The notes beneath the pieces are model-generated. The model was not told where the DNA came from and did no database searches. It saw only the letters and a program-made list of their open reading frames with translations. This document shows, in pieces, positions 16,323-26,350 of a stretch of 64,000 bases of DNA; positions within the stretch are counted from its first letter, which is position 1, and each line of letters starts with the position of its first letter. A program made the position numbers and the translations under genes. The stretch comes from Salinivirgaceae bacterium (GTDB taxonomy: Bacteria; Bacteroidota; Bacteroidia; Bacteroidales; SZUA-534), in the NCBI GenBank assembly GCA_016284875.1, contig JAEEPS010000004.1:11785-75784 (forward strand), read 5' to 3'.

Positions 16323-17681
16323 TCAACCTTTATTGCACTTCATAAAGCAATCGCCGCAGGCTGCATGCCGCCCACGAAGGCGGTTTTCAATCATTTCGGC
16401 ATAGCGTTCGGCAAGGATTGGGATGCGAATTGTACGGACAACCTCATGTGCGAATGCCGACATCAGCATCATTTTTGCCTCCTCTTCGCCAATGCATCTC
16501 TGCCGCATATAGAACAATGCGCTCTCGTCCAATTGACCCACGGTGGCTCCGTGGCTGCACTTTACATCGTCGGCGTAAATTTCGAGTTGCGGCTTGGTAT
16601 ACATCCTCGCCGACGGCGATATGCAGATGTTTTTGTTCGACTGCTGGGCGTTAGTTTTTTGCGCGTCGGGGCGGACAAGAACGTACCCGCTGAACACTCC
16701 CACCGACTCGTCGTTGAGCACGTTTTTGTAGAGTTCGTAACTGGTGCAGTTGGGCACGGCGTGGTCAACGTAGGTGAAGTTGTCGATGTGCTGATGCCCC
16801 GCCGGCAGCGACAATCCGTAGATGTTGGCCTCTGCGTGTTGGCCCGCCATCAGCACCTCAACATTGTTGCGCACAAATCCGCCATGAAGAGTCAGTGTGT
16901 TGGCAAGGAGTTGGCTGTCGGCGTTTTGTTCAATCAACAGTGATGCGATTTGCGACGAGCGGTCGTTCAGGTTCTGAATGCAGTAGCAATCGAGTTGCGC
17001 ATTTGGTTGCAGCACCGTTTCAGTAACGTTGTTCAGCAAGAACTGGCTGTTAGAAAGCGTATGGTCGCAGATGACTATTTTGGCTTGGCTGCCACGCCCT
17101 GCAACAATCAGATTGCGCTGGTTCACCATCAGCGGATTGCTACCAGTCAGCACATTGACAATCTGAATTGGCTTGTCAACCACAACATTGTCAGGTATAT
17201 ACAAGAAAAGTCCGCTGCGCGCAAATGCGGTGTTCAGACTTATTGTTGTGTCATCTTTTTTGTCGGCCAGACGGTTGTAATTGGCTTCAAAAATCTCGGG
17301 ATATTTGTTCGCACCATCCGCTATTTCGGTTGCCACAACATTGGCTGGTAATGTACTGTTTTTCAAGTCAATCCAGCCGTTATTTAAAATAATGGTATAA
17401 GTATCGAGGTCGGGTACAGCACAACGAAATACCGACTTGCCGTCAGTTGTCGCTAACTTGTTGATAGAGTAGCCGTAAGCATGGCCGAAGGCGGCCATAA
17501 TTTCTGTAAATCGGTATCGTTCGCACCCTTTTCGGGGCAAACCCAAAGCATCGAACTGACTGATGGCAGATTCGCGCACTCGGTTCATCGCCGTGGGCAT
17601 ACCGTCAGCAATTTGCGCGGAATACTGGCGATAAAGTGCTGTAAGTTTGTCTTTTATACCGACTGAACTAACGTTTTCCAT
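16323..17681 (-). CDS. sufD: Fe-S cluster assembly protein SufD
   Basis: This is a 452-aa beta-helix type sequence. The C-terminal region reads PQLEIYADDVKCSHGATVGQLDESALFYMRQRCI. It follows sufC. Confidence 0.9.
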   Translation of the reverse strand: MENVSSVGIKDKLTALYRQYSAQIADGMPTAMNRVRESAISQFDALGLPRKGCERYRFTEIMAAFGHAYGYSINKLATTDGKSVFRCAVPDLDTYTIILNNGWIDLKNSTLPANVVATEIADGANKYPEIFEANYNRLADKKDDTTISLNTAFARSGLFLYIPDNVVVDKPIQIVNVLTGSNPLMVNQRNLIVAGRGSQAKIVICDHTLSNSQFLLNNVTETVLQPNAQLDCYCIQNLNDRSSQIASLLIEQNADSQLLANTLTLHGGFVRNNVEVLMAGQHAEANIYGLSLPAGHQHIDNFTYVDHAVPNCTSYELYKNVLNDESVGVFSGYVLVRPDAQKTNAQQSNKNICISPSARMYTKPQLEIYADDVKCSHGATVGQLDESALFYMRQRCIGEEEAKMMLMSAFAHEVVRTIRIPILAERYAEMIENRLRGRHAACGDCFMKCNKG

Positions 17682-17684
17682 AAA

Positions 17685-18440
17685 CTACTTGTTGTCGAAT
17701 TCGCTTTTTATCCAGTCGTAGCCTTTCTCTTCAAGTTCTAGCGCAAGTTCCTTGCCGCCCGTCTTCACAATCTGGCCGTTGTAGAGCACGTGCACCACGT
17801 CGGGCACAATGTAGTCGAGCAGGCGCTGATAGTGCGTGATGACAATGGCCGATGTTTCGGGTGTTTTGAGTTTGTTCACACCGCTAGCCACAATGCGTAG
17901 GGCATCGATGTCAAGGCCCGAATCGGTCTCATCGAGAATCGACAAGCGCGGCTCAAGCATCGCCATTTGGAAAATCTCGTTGCGCTTCTTCTCTCCGCCC
18001 GAAAAACCTTCATTCACAGAGCGTGACGTCAGTCGTGAGTCAATCTCGACCAACTGGCTTTTCTCACGCATCAACTTCAGATATTCGGCAGCCGAAAGTG
18101 CTGGCAGCCCGTTGAATTTGCGTTTCTCGTTGACGGCGGCACGCATAAAATTGACCATACTGACGCCCGGAATCTCAACCGGATATTGAAAACTCATAAA
18201 AAGGCCCAAACGAGCGCGGTCCTCGGGCGGCATAGCAAGCAGGTCGCGGCCTAGGAACGTCACCTCACCGCCATCGACAGTGAAGCGGCTGTTGCCCGTC
18301 AGCACCGATGAGAGCGTGCTTTTTCCCGACCCGTTGGGTCCCATAATGGCGTGCACCTCGCCCGCATTGATGTGCAGATTGATGCCTTTCAGTATCGGCT
18401 TTCCGTCAATCGAAGCCCGTAAATCTTTTATTGTCAGCAT
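17685..18440 (-). CDS. sufC: Fe-S cluster assembly ATPase SufC
   Basis: Walker [10 protein letters not shown], the ABC signature FSGGEKKR and Walker [13 protein letters not shown] are all present. Confidence 0.95.
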   Translation of the reverse strand: MLTIKDLRASIDGKPILKGINLHINAGEVHAIMGPNGSGKSTLSSVLTGNSRFTVDGGEVTFLGRDLLAMPPEDRARLGLFMSFQYPVEIPGVSMVNFMRAAVNEKRKFNGLPALSAAEYLKLMREKSQLVEIDSRLTSRSVNEGFSGGEKKRNEIFQMAMLEPRLSILDETDSGLDIDALRIVASGVNKLKTPETSAIVITHYQRLLDYIVPDVVHVLYNGQIVKTGGKELALELEEKGYDWIKSEFDNK

Positions 18441-18673
18441 ATTGTCAACTATAACTATGAACTATTACGATAACGCAAAATGCGGTGCAAAAGTAATCAA
18501 GGAAACCGACTTTATAAAGATTAATGTGCAGAGAGTTAAGAATGTTTGAATCAGATAAAAAGAATTTGAAACAAAAAGTTTGTATAATCGGTGCCATCTG
18601 CGCTCAAAATCAACGAAAAACTATATTTGCATTCAGGAACGGGAAAACCGTGCCGAGATATTTTGAACTGAAA

Positions 18674-19093
18674 ATGAACGAATTAGAATCGCGCCAGCAA
18701 CAAATAATTGACGAGTTCGGCATCTTCACCGACTGGATGGACAAGTACGAGTACCTGATTGAGTTAGGCAAGGAACTTGAGCCAATGCCCGACAGCGAGA
18801 AGACCGACGAGAACCTGATTAAAGGCTGCCAAAGCCAAGTGTGGCTCACGGCCAGTTGCAATGGTGGCATTGTCACCTTCCGCGCCGACAGCGACGCCAT
18901 CATCACCAAAGGCATTATCGCGCTGTTAATCAAAGTGTTGTCGGGACTTTCTCCGAAAGAGATTGCCGAAGCCGACCTGCACTTTATCGATGCCATTGGC
19001 TTGCGCGAGAACCTGTCGCCCACACGCTCCAACGGCCTTGCAAGCATGGTCCGCCAGATAAAGATGTTTGCGATTGCCTTCAGTAACGCTTGA
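18674..19093 (+). CDS. sufE: SufE-like cysteine desulfuration protein
   Basis: From the ATG at 18674 the protein reads MNELESRQQQIIDEF...LIKGCQSQVWL...GIIALL...SPTRSNGL. The upstream part of the listed ORF shows no homology. Confidence 0.85.
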   Translation: MNELESRQQQIIDEFGIFTDWMDKYEYLIELGKELEPMPDSEKTDENLIKGCQSQVWLTASCNGGIVTFRADSDAIITKGIIALLIKVLSGLSPKEIAEADLHFIDAIGLRENLSPTRSNGLASMVRQIKMFAIAFSNA

Positions 19094-19151
19094 ATTTGGA
19101 CATCAGAAAAACTTAAAACTTAAGAACTTATAACTTAAAACTACCCCGCCG

Positions 19152-19457
19152 ATGGACCAACTGCTTGAAACCAAAATAATCAACGAGTTGAAAACCGTTT
19201 ACGACCCCGAAATACCTGTGAATGTGTACGATTTGGGGCTTATCTACAACCTGAAGGAAAACGCCGGCGTGCTCGATGTTGAAATGACGCTGACCGCCCC
19301 CGGTTGCCCCATTGCCGACCAAATTCTCGACGAAGTGCGGATGAAACTCGAGTCGGTGCCGGGAATTCATCAAGTGAACATCAACCTTGTGTTCGAGCCC
19401 GAATGGAACCAGGATATGATGAGCGAAGAGGCCAAGATGGATTTAGGATTCTTGTAA
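19152..19457 (+). CDS. DUF59 / SufT-type Fe-S assembly protein
   Basis: The sequence VYDPEIPVNVYDLGLIY...MTLTAPGCPIAD is the DUF59 hallmark. Confidence 0.85.
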   Translation: MDQLLETKIINELKTVYDPEIPVNVYDLGLIYNLKENAGVLDVEMTLTAPGCPIADQILDEVRMKLESVPGIHQVNINLVFEPEWNQDMMSEEAKMDLGFL

Positions 19458-19722
19458 ATTGAAGATACAGTTTGGTGGAGGCGTGCCCCGAGAAAACCCG
19501 CAAAAACCGCCCATCACTCCCCCTATACCTTCCTAATATGATGGCTATAGGATAACAAAATGCCCGTTACTCAAAAAAAAGTCCCCGTCCGAGTATCACC
19601 CAATCAAAAAATATTCTACCTTTAAAAGACGCTTTCGAGCGGAAAATTACGTAGTCGTTCCTGATTCGCCAAATAGGTGGTCTTTAAGCAACTACGCCAA
19701 ACTTGAATATTATTTTGATGAT

Positions 19723-20811
19723 ATGGGACTTTTAAAATCATTGGTTGCAACGTGCCTTTTGTTGGCGGCAAACCCGATATTTGCGCAAGACACCATTACG
19801 AATCAGACCGACACGGCGGCAGCCGTCGCACCTGCGGAAAAAGGCTTCGATGCTGGCGAAGTCATAATGCACCACATAAAAGACTCGCACTCGTGGCACT
19901 TCTACGACCGCTCGGCACCCGACGGCAGCGAGTCGGCAGTGGCCATTCCGCTACCTATTATATTATATAGCGACGGCCACCTTGACGTTTTTATGTCGTC
20001 GGCGTTTGACGAAGGCAAGAAAACCGTTGTGCGTGGCGGGGGCAGCCGCGAGTACATTCTGCACCACGACAAGATTTACTTTGCAGAGAGCGGCCAACTC
20101 AAGCACGACGAGCACGGCGCCATTCTGAACGCCGCACCGCTCGACCTTTCGATAACCAAAAACGTGGCTTCGATGATGCTCTCGGCCATTCTGCTGCTCT
20201 GGATTTTCATTGCCACCGCGCGCGGCTACAAAAAATACGGCGAAGTGCCCACAGGCCTGCGCGGATTCACCGAGCCGCTCATTCTGTTTGTCAAAGACGA
20301 GATTGCAGTGCCCAACCTGGGCGAAGCGCACTACCGCAAGTATCTGCCCTATCTGCTCACGCTCTTCTTCTTCATTTGGATAAACAATATGCTCGGCTTG
20401 CTGCCAATGGGCGCCAACCTGACGGGCAACATTGCTGTGACGCTGCTTTTGGCCGTGTTTACGTTCATCATCACCAACTTTTCGGGCTCGAAGCACTATT
20501 GGAAAGAGATTGTGCGAATGCCTGGCGTGCCAATCGCTATTCAGCCCATAATGACTGTTATTGAGTTTATTGGCCTGCTCACAAAGCCCTTCTCGCTTAT
20601 GATTCGATTGTTCGCCAACATCACGGCAGGACACATCATTGTATTGAGTTTCATTTCACTGATATTCATATTCAAGAGCGTGCTGATTTCGCCCGTTTCC
20701 ATTGTCTTTGTGCTGTTTATGGACGTTCTGGAGTTGCTCGTTGCAGCGCTTCAGGCCTACATTTTCACAATGCTGACGGCAATGTATATTGGTATGGCGG
20801 TAAAACATTGA
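19723..20811 (+). CDS. atpB: F-type ATP synthase subunit a
   Basis: The polytopic membrane protein carries the conserved LSLMIRLFANITAGH motif. Confidence 0.9.
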   Translation: MGLLKSLVATCLLLAANPIFAQDTITNQTDTAAAVAPAEKGFDAGEVIMHHIKDSHSWHFYDRSAPDGSESAVAIPLPIILYSDGHLDVFMSSAFDEGKKTVVRGGGSREYILHHDKIYFAESGQLKHDEHGAILNAAPLDLSITKNVASMMLSAILLLWIFIATARGYKKYGEVPTGLRGFTEPLILFVKDEIAVPNLGEAHYRKYLPYLLTLFFFIWINNMLGLLPMGANLTGNIAVTLLLAVFTFIITNFSGSKHYWKEIVRMPGVPIAIQPIMTVIEFIGLLTKPFSLMIRLFANITAGHIIVLSFISLIFIFKSVLISPVSIVFVLFMDVLELLVAALQAYIFTMLTAMYIGMAVKH

Positions 20812-20880
20812 TTAGTTAGGAGTTAGTAATTAGGATTTAGAAATTAGTAGTTAGAATTTAATAATTAACAATTTAGGGCA
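20811..20880. repeat. TTAG/TTAGG-rich low-complexity spacer
   Basis: The sequence attagttaggagttagtaattaggatttagaaattagtagttagaattt lies directly after the atpB stop. Confidence 0.7.
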
Positions 20881-20932
20881 AATGTAGGGACGTGGCGTGC
20901 CGCGTCCGATAAAGGAAAAGACGGATAGAAAA

Positions 20933-21499
20933 ATGAAAAGGATTCTGTTATCGGCGGTTTTGGTTTTTGTGGGTGCCGCGCTTTGGGCGCAGGCATTCAC
21001 GGGCGATTCCGTGCGTGACGCGAGAATTAAATCCGAAATCCAAAACCTTACTGCCGACGCAACCATTTCGATTGACGAACAGACATACCTTTCATTGCTA
21101 GATAACGAAATTGAATTGGTTACCAAATATTTGCCAAAAAACAAGTTGACCGAGAATTTGGTTGTGCCTGAATTCGGGAAATTTGAAGTGATAACTTATC
21201 TGACACCAAATTGCGAATTGAAAAATCTTATTGCAAAGATTTCCGACTGCGAATGGGACGCTGTTGGAAAGTATGCGGAGGATTTGAAAGAGGCAGGCTG
21301 GAACTTCAAATATGATATGGTGCTGTATGGCGAGCATAAATCGGAACCCGATGTAAAGTTATCGTTGAGTTATCAGAAGAAAAATCAGCAAATGACTATG
21401 CTCATTTGTCGTTATGAAATGATGAGTGGATTCACAAAAACTGTAATTAAGGCTAACGGTGACGTGGAATATTATAGAAGTAATATAAGTAATTATTAA
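20933..21499 (+). CDS. Hypothetical secreted protein inserted between atpB and atpE
   Basis: The ATG at 20933 gives MKRILLSAVLVFVGAALWAQA, a signal peptide. I recognise no family. It looks AT-richer than the flanking atp genes by eye. Confidence 0.55.
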   Translation: MKRILLSAVLVFVGAALWAQAFTGDSVRDARIKSEIQNLTADATISIDEQTYLSLLDNEIELVTKYLPKNKLTENLVVPEFGKFEVITYLTPNCELKNLIAKISDCEWDAVGKYAEDLKEAGWNFKYDMVLYGEHKSEPDVKLSLSYQKKNQQMTMLICRYEMMSGFTKTVIKANGDVEYYRSNISNY

Positions 21500-21533
21500 T
21501 AAAGAACTTACGTTTAATTTAAAATTAAATTTT

Positions 21534-21758
21534 ATGGAACCATTTTCAGTAGGTGCGGGTTTGGCAGTATTAGGTGCTGGTCTCGCAGTAATTGGTGCAG
21601 GTTTGGGTATCGGCCGTATCGGCGGTCAGGCAATGGACGCCATTGCCCGTCAGCCAGAGGCTGCTGGTCAGGTGCAAACCAATATGATTATCTCGGCTGC
21701 ATTGGTTGAGGGTTGCGCACTGTTCGCAATCGTTGTATCACTGCTTGCTTCGTTGTAA
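21534..21758 (+). CDS. atpE: F-type ATP synthase subunit c
   Basis: This is a 74-aa hairpin proteolipid with GAGLGIGRIGGQAMDAIARQPE and the carboxylate in LVEG. Confidence 0.9.
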   Translation: MEPFSVGAGLAVLGAGLAVIGAGLGIGRIGGQAMDAIARQPEAAGQVQTNMIISAALVEGCALFAIVVSLLASL

Positions 21759-21843
21759 TCGGCAAACACCAAAAACAACTAAATGCCACTTGCAGCGATT
21801 GGCTGCAAGGGCATTTTAAAAAGGAAACTAAAAACGAAACAAT

Positions 21844-22338
21844 ATGGATTTAGTAACCCCACAAATCGGATTGCTTTTCTGGACCGTCCTAATCTTCCTG
21901 GTGCTGGTCTTCCTGCTTGCAAAATTCGCCTGGAAGCCAATCTTGAGAATGGTTGAGGAGCGGACAAAGAACATTGAGGACGCACTCAACTCGGCCGAGA
22001 ACGCCAAAAAGGAAATGGCTGGTCTGAAGGCTGAAAACGAGCAGATTATGAAAGAAGCGCGTGCTGAACGCGACAAAATCGTGCGTGAGGCCCGCGAAAT
22101 GAAGGACAAGATTATCGAGGAGTCGAAAGAGACGGCCAAGGCCGAAGCCGACAAGATTCTGGCACAGGCCCGCAAACTCATCGACGACGAGAAGCGCGCC
22201 GCAATGAACGAGTTGAAGGACCAAGTGGCTTCGCTCTCAATCGAGATTGCCGAAAAAATCCTGACAAAGGAACTTTCCGACAAGAAGAAACAGGCCGAAC
22301 TCATCGACGACATTCTGCAACAATCAAACCTGAACTGA
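21844..22338 (+). CDS. atpF: F-type ATP synthase subunit b
   Basis: It has a single N-terminal transmembrane helix followed by a long charged coiled coil. Its position follows atpE. Confidence 0.9.
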   Translation: MDLVTPQIGLLFWTVLIFLVLVFLLAKFAWKPILRMVEERTKNIEDALNSAENAKKEMAGLKAENEQIMKEARAERDKIVREAREMKDKIIEESKETAKAEADKILAQARKLIDDEKRAAMNELKDQVASLSIEIAEKILTKELSDKKKQAELIDDILQQSNLN

Positions 22339-22339
22339 T

Positions 22340-22885
22340 ATGGACCAAAGCAGAATAGCCGTCAGATACGCCAAGGCACTCTTTGAACTGGCACAGGAGA
22401 AGAAACTGGTGGAGCGCGTGAAAGCCGACACCGACCTTGTGGCTCAAGTGTGCGCCCTGCCCGAAATGGTGCAACTGGCCGAAAGCCCCGTCATCAAGCC
22501 GTCGGCAAAGGCAAAGGCGTTCGACAAGATTTTCAGCGGCAAGGTTGACGCGCTGACACTCGCATTTCTGCAAATGGTGGTGGCCAACCGCCGCGAGCGC
22601 TACATTGGCGCAATGTGCCGCAACTTTGCGAGCCGATTCTACGATTACGCCAACATCCGCCAAGTGCACATCACCACGGCCGCGCCCATCGACGAAAAGA
22701 CGACCGAACGCCTGCGCAAGGCCATTGCCGAAATGTGCAAGTCGGAGGTGGAAATGACGGCGTCGGAGGACCCGAGCCTGATTGGCGGTTTCGTGCTTCG
22801 CATTGGCGACCAACAGTTGGACGCAAGCGTCAGTTCGAAACTGAACAACCTGAAACAGAAATTTACTCAAACATCGATTAATTAG
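22340..22885 (+). CDS. atpH: F-type ATP synthase subunit delta (OSCP)
   Basis: The N-terminus [13 protein letters not shown] and the position between atpF and atpA support the call. Confidence 0.85.
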   Translation: MDQSRIAVRYAKALFELAQEKKLVERVKADTDLVAQVCALPEMVQLAESPVIKPSAKAKAFDKIFSGKVDALTLAFLQMVVANRRERYIGAMCRNFASRFYDYANIRQVHITTAAPIDEKTTERLRKAIAEMCKSEVEMTASEDPSLIGGFVLRIGDQQLDASVSSKLNNLKQKFTQTSIN

Positions 22886-22902
22886 ATAAAAACCAAAATA
22901 TT

Positions 22903-24507
22903 ATGGCAGATATCAAACCATCGGAAATATCATCGGTTCTGAAGCAGCAACTTGAGGGCTTCAAATCGGCAAACGAATTTGACGAGGTGGGCACCGTGCT
23001 GACCATCGGCGACGGCATCGCCCGCATCTACGGGCTGTCGAACGCGCAGTCGAACGAACTTATCGAGTTCGAGAACGGCGTGAAGGGCATTGTGCAGAAC
23101 CTTGAGGAGGACAACGTGGGCGCCGTTTTGCTGGGCCCGTCGGAGGGAATCAAGGAGGGCGACACCGTGAAGCGCACCCGCCGCATCGCGTCTATCAACG
23201 TGGGCGAGGGGCTGCTGGGCCGCATCATCAACACCATTGGCGAGCCCATCGACGGCAAGGGCCCCATCACTGGCAAACTCTACGAAATGCCGCTGGAGCG
23301 CAAGGCGCCTGGCGTTCTGTTCCGTCAGCCTGTGAAGGAGCCGCTGCAGACAGGCCTGAAACCTGTTGACGCTATGACGCCAATCGGCCGCGGACAGCGC
23401 GAACTTATCATTGGCGACCGTCAGACAGGAAAAACGGCCATCGCCATCGACACCATCATCAACCAAAAGAGTTTCTACGACGCTGGAAAACCCGTTTACT
23501 GCATCTACGTGGCAATCGGGCAGAAGGGCAGCACCGTGGCCAACATCGCCAAAACGCTTGAGCGTCACGGCGCAATGGCCTATACAATAATTGTTTCGGC
23601 AACGGCTTCGGACCCTGCCGCAATGCAGTTCAACGCGCCGTTTGCGGGCGCCGCCATTGGCGAGTTCTTCCGCGACACTGGCCGTCCTGCGCTGGTTGTG
23701 TACGACGACCTTTCGAAACAGGCCGTGTCGTACCGTGAGGTGTCGCTGCTGCTTCGTCGTCCGCCTGGCCGCGAGGCTTACCCTGGCGACGTCTTCTACT
23801 TGCACAGCCGTTTGCTGGAGCGTGCCGCGAAAATCATTGAGAGCGACGAGGTTGCGCGCCAAATGAACGACCTTCCGCCTGTGCTGAAGGACGCCAAGGA
23901 CGAGAACGGCGAGCCGCTTGTGAAGGGCGGAGGCTCACTCACCGCGCTGCCAATCATTGAGACGCAGGCAGGCGACGTTTCGGCCTACATCCCGACCAAC
24001 GTAATCTCAATCACCGACGGACAGATTTACCTTGAGTCGGACCTGTTCAACTCGGGCATCCGCCCTGCCATCAACGTGGGTATCTCGGTATCGCGTGTGG
24101 GTGGTAACGCGCAGATTAAGAGTATGAAGAAGGTGGCTGGTACGCTGAAAATCGACCAAGCGCAGTTCCGTGAGTTGGAGGCGTTCTCGAAATTCGGCTC
24201 TGACCTTGACGCCGCCACAAAGGCCGTGCTCGACAAGGGCCGCAAGAACGTTGAGATTCTGAAGCAGGGACAGTACGCCCCAATGCCCGTGGAGAAGCAA
24301 ATCGCCATCATCTACTGCGGCGTGAAGGGCTTGCTCGCCGACGTGCCAATCAACAAGGTGCGCGATTTTGAGGCTGATTTCCTTGAGACAATGGAACTGA
24401 AGCACCGCGACACGCTTGACGAACTGAAGGCGGGCACATTGACCGAGAACGCTGAAAACGTTATAAAAGAGACAGTTAAAGAAGTATCGGCTAAATACGC
24501 AAACTAA
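22903..24507 (+). CDS. atpA: F-type ATP synthase subunit alpha
   Basis: It has the Walker A GDRQTGKT and highly conserved alpha-subunit sequence throughout. Confidence 0.97.
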   Translation: MADIKPSEISSVLKQQLEGFKSANEFDEVGTVLTIGDGIARIYGLSNAQSNELIEFENGVKGIVQNLEEDNVGAVLLGPSEGIKEGDTVKRTRRIASINVGEGLLGRIINTIGEPIDGKGPITGKLYEMPLERKAPGVLFRQPVKEPLQTGLKPVDAMTPIGRGQRELIIGDRQTGKTAIAIDTIINQKSFYDAGKPVYCIYVAIGQKGSTVANIAKTLERHGAMAYTIIVSATASDPAAMQFNAPFAGAAIGEFFRDTGRPALVVYDDLSKQAVSYREVSLLLRRPPGREAYPGDVFYLHSRLLERAAKIIESDEVARQMNDLPPVLKDAKDENGEPLVKGGGSLTALPIIETQAGDVSAYIPTNVISITDGQIYLESDLFNSGIRPAINVGISVSRVGGNAQIKSMKKVAGTLKIDQAQFRELEAFSKFGSDLDAATKAVLDKGRKNVEILKQGQYAPMPVEKQIAIIYCGVKGLLADVPINKVRDFEADFLETMELKHRDTLDELKAGTLTENAENVIKETVKEVSAKYAN

Positions 24508-24519
24508 AAGTAAAACGCT

Positions 24520-25395
24520 ATGGCAAACCTGAAGGAAATCAGGCAAAGAATTGCTTCGGTGCAGACCACGCGGCAGGTCACAAGTGCAATGAAACTTGTG
24601 TCGGCGGCCAAACTGCGCAAGGCTCAAGACGCCGTTATCAAACTTCGGCCTTTTGCCAACAAACTGGCCGAAATACTGGCGAACCTGTCGGAGACGCTGA
24701 ACGAGTCGGGCGAGTGCGCCTTCACCAAGGGCCACGGCGACGGCACCCGCCTGCTGGTGGTTGCCATCAACTCGAACCGCGGCTTGTGCGGCGCGTTCAA
24801 CGCGAATGTGAACAAGGCTATCAATCAGGTGATTGCAGAGCAACGGGCGCAGGGGCTCACCAACGCCGACGTGATTGCAATCGGCAAGAACGCCTTCGAG
24901 TTCGCCAAACGCAGCAAACTTGAGGTGACGGAGTTCAACGAGTTGTATTCGACACTCGACTTTGCCCACGCCCTGCCCATCATCGACCAAATAATGGGCG
25001 ACTTTGCCGCAGGCAAGTACGACAAGGTGGTGCTGGTTTACAACTTCTTCAAGAACGCATCGACGCAGGTGGTGACCACCGAGCAACTGCTGCCGATTGT
25101 GCCCGCAGCCGAGGCTGGAGGCAAAAACACGGCCACAAACTACATCTTTGAGCCGTCGGAGGAGAGCCTGGTGGAGAAGATTCTGCCAATGTCGCTGCGA
25201 ATGCAGTTCTACAAGGCCGTACTCAACTCGTACGCCGCAGAGCACGCCGCGCGAATGACAGCAATGCACAAGGCCACCGACAACGCCACCGAACTGCTGC
25301 GCACACTCAACCTGCAGTACAACAAGGCGCGTCAGGCGGCCATCACCAACGAGATTACTGAAATTGTGGGCGGCGCCGACGCTCTTAAAGATTAA
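24520..25395 (+). CDS. atpG: F-type ATP synthase subunit gamma
   Basis: The N-terminus is MANLKEIRQRIASVQTTRQVTSAMKLVSAAKLRKAQ and the C-terminus is ITNEITEIVGGADAL. Confidence 0.95.
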   Translation: MANLKEIRQRIASVQTTRQVTSAMKLVSAAKLRKAQDAVIKLRPFANKLAEILANLSETLNESGECAFTKGHGDGTRLLVVAINSNRGLCGAFNANVNKAINQVIAEQRAQGLTNADVIAIGKNAFEFAKRSKLEVTEFNELYSTLDFAHALPIIDQIMGDFAAGKYDKVVLVYNFFKNASTQVVTTEQLLPIVPAAEAGGKNTATNYIFEPSEESLVEKILPMSLRMQFYKAVLNSYAAEHAARMTAMHKATDNATELLRTLNLQYNKARQAAITNEITEIVGGADALKD

Positions 25396-25405
25396 TTGAC
25401 AGAGA

Positions 25406-26350
25406 ATGAATAAGATATTAGTGACAGGAGGAGCGGGATTCATTGGGAGCGCGTTGGCTGAAAAGTTGATTAGCAACCCCGACAACTATGTTGTGATTGT
25501 CGATAACCTTTCGACAGGCAACATCGGCAAACTGCCCAACCTGCCGAAAACCAACTGGAGGTTCATCAAGTGCGACGTGAACGACTACACCGAGATTGCG
25601 CCCGTTATGACAACCTATCAGTTCGACTATGTGTTCCACTTTGCAGCCGTGGTGGGCGTTCTGCGCACGCAGCAATACCCCGTGAGCGTGCTGCGCGACA
25701 TCGACGGAATAAAAAACGTGCTGTCGCTCTCGAAGAACACAACCGTGAAGAGGGTGTTTTTCTCATCGTCGTCGGAGATTTACGGCGACCCTGTGGAAAT
25801 GCCGCAGAACGTTTACACAACGCCGCTCAACAGCCGTCTGCCCTACGCGGTGGTGAAGAACATCGGCGAGGCCTTTCTGCGCTCTTACAAGCAGGAGTAC
25901 GACCTTGACTACACCATCTTCCGATTCTTCAACACCTACGGGCCCAAGCAGAGCCGCGATTTTGTCATCAGCAAGTTTATGCTTGCCGCGCTCAACAACC
26001 GCGACATCACCATCTACGGCGACGGCCTGCAAACGCGCACCTTCTGCTACATCGACGATAACATCGACACCTGTCTGACAGCCTTTTACGAGAACAAGGT
26101 GGTGAACGGGGTGATAAACATCGGCGGAAACCGCGAGGTGACAATCAAGGAGTTGGCGGAGATAATCATCCGCGAGACGGGCTCGAAATCGAAAATTGTG
26201 CACGTTGACCCGCTCAAAGAGGGCGATATGCGCCGCCGCCAACCCGACAACTCGGATATGAAGGCGTTGCTCAACCGTCCGCTCATCAAGGTTGACGAGG
26301 GCATACGCAAGATAATTGAAAAAGGACTTTTTGAACTGAACATTCAATAA
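25406..26350 (+). CDS. NAD-dependent epimerase/dehydratase (extended SDR, UDP-glucuronate decarboxylase-like)
   Basis: A Rossmann motif VTGGAGFIGS is present, with a YxxxK in LPYAVVKNIGE. It is inserted between atpG and atpD. Confidence 0.85.
   Translation: MNKILVTGGAGFIGSALAEKLISNPDNYVVIVDNLSTGNIGKLPNLPKTNWRFIKCDVNDYTEIAPVMTTYQFDYVFHFAAVVGVLRTQQYPVSVLRDIDGIKNVLSLSKNTTVKRVFFSSSSEIYGDPVEMPQNVYTTPLNSRLPYAVVKNIGEAFLRSYKQEYDLDYTIFRFFNTYGPKQSRDFVISKFMLAALNNRDITIYGDGLQTRTFCYIDDNIDTCLTAFYENKVVNGVINIGGNREVTIKELAEIIIRETGSKSKIVHVDPLKEGDMRRRQPDNSDMKALLNRPLIKVDEGIRKIIEKGLFELNIQ

Noticed and set aside
19458-19722. The 265-bp region upstream of atpB, examined for atpI/atpZ small genes or a structured RNA leader.
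   Set aside because: Only very short non-hydrophobic ORFs were found, such as MPVTQKKVPVRVSPNQKIFYL. I could fold no convincing conserved stem-loop architecture by eye.
24007-25485. A 492-aa minus-strand ORF, plus similar long ORFs at 22930-23862, 47732-48991, 50217-51263, 8399-9376, 9651-10631, 52977-53936 and 55998-56921.
   Set aside because: All lie antisense to, or out of frame with, strongly conserved genes (atpA/atpG, MFS transporter, prfA, DUF1016, hsdM, priA, ompA-family). Their translations are Arg/Ala/Gly/His-rich low-complexity shadows typical of GC-rich coding regions.
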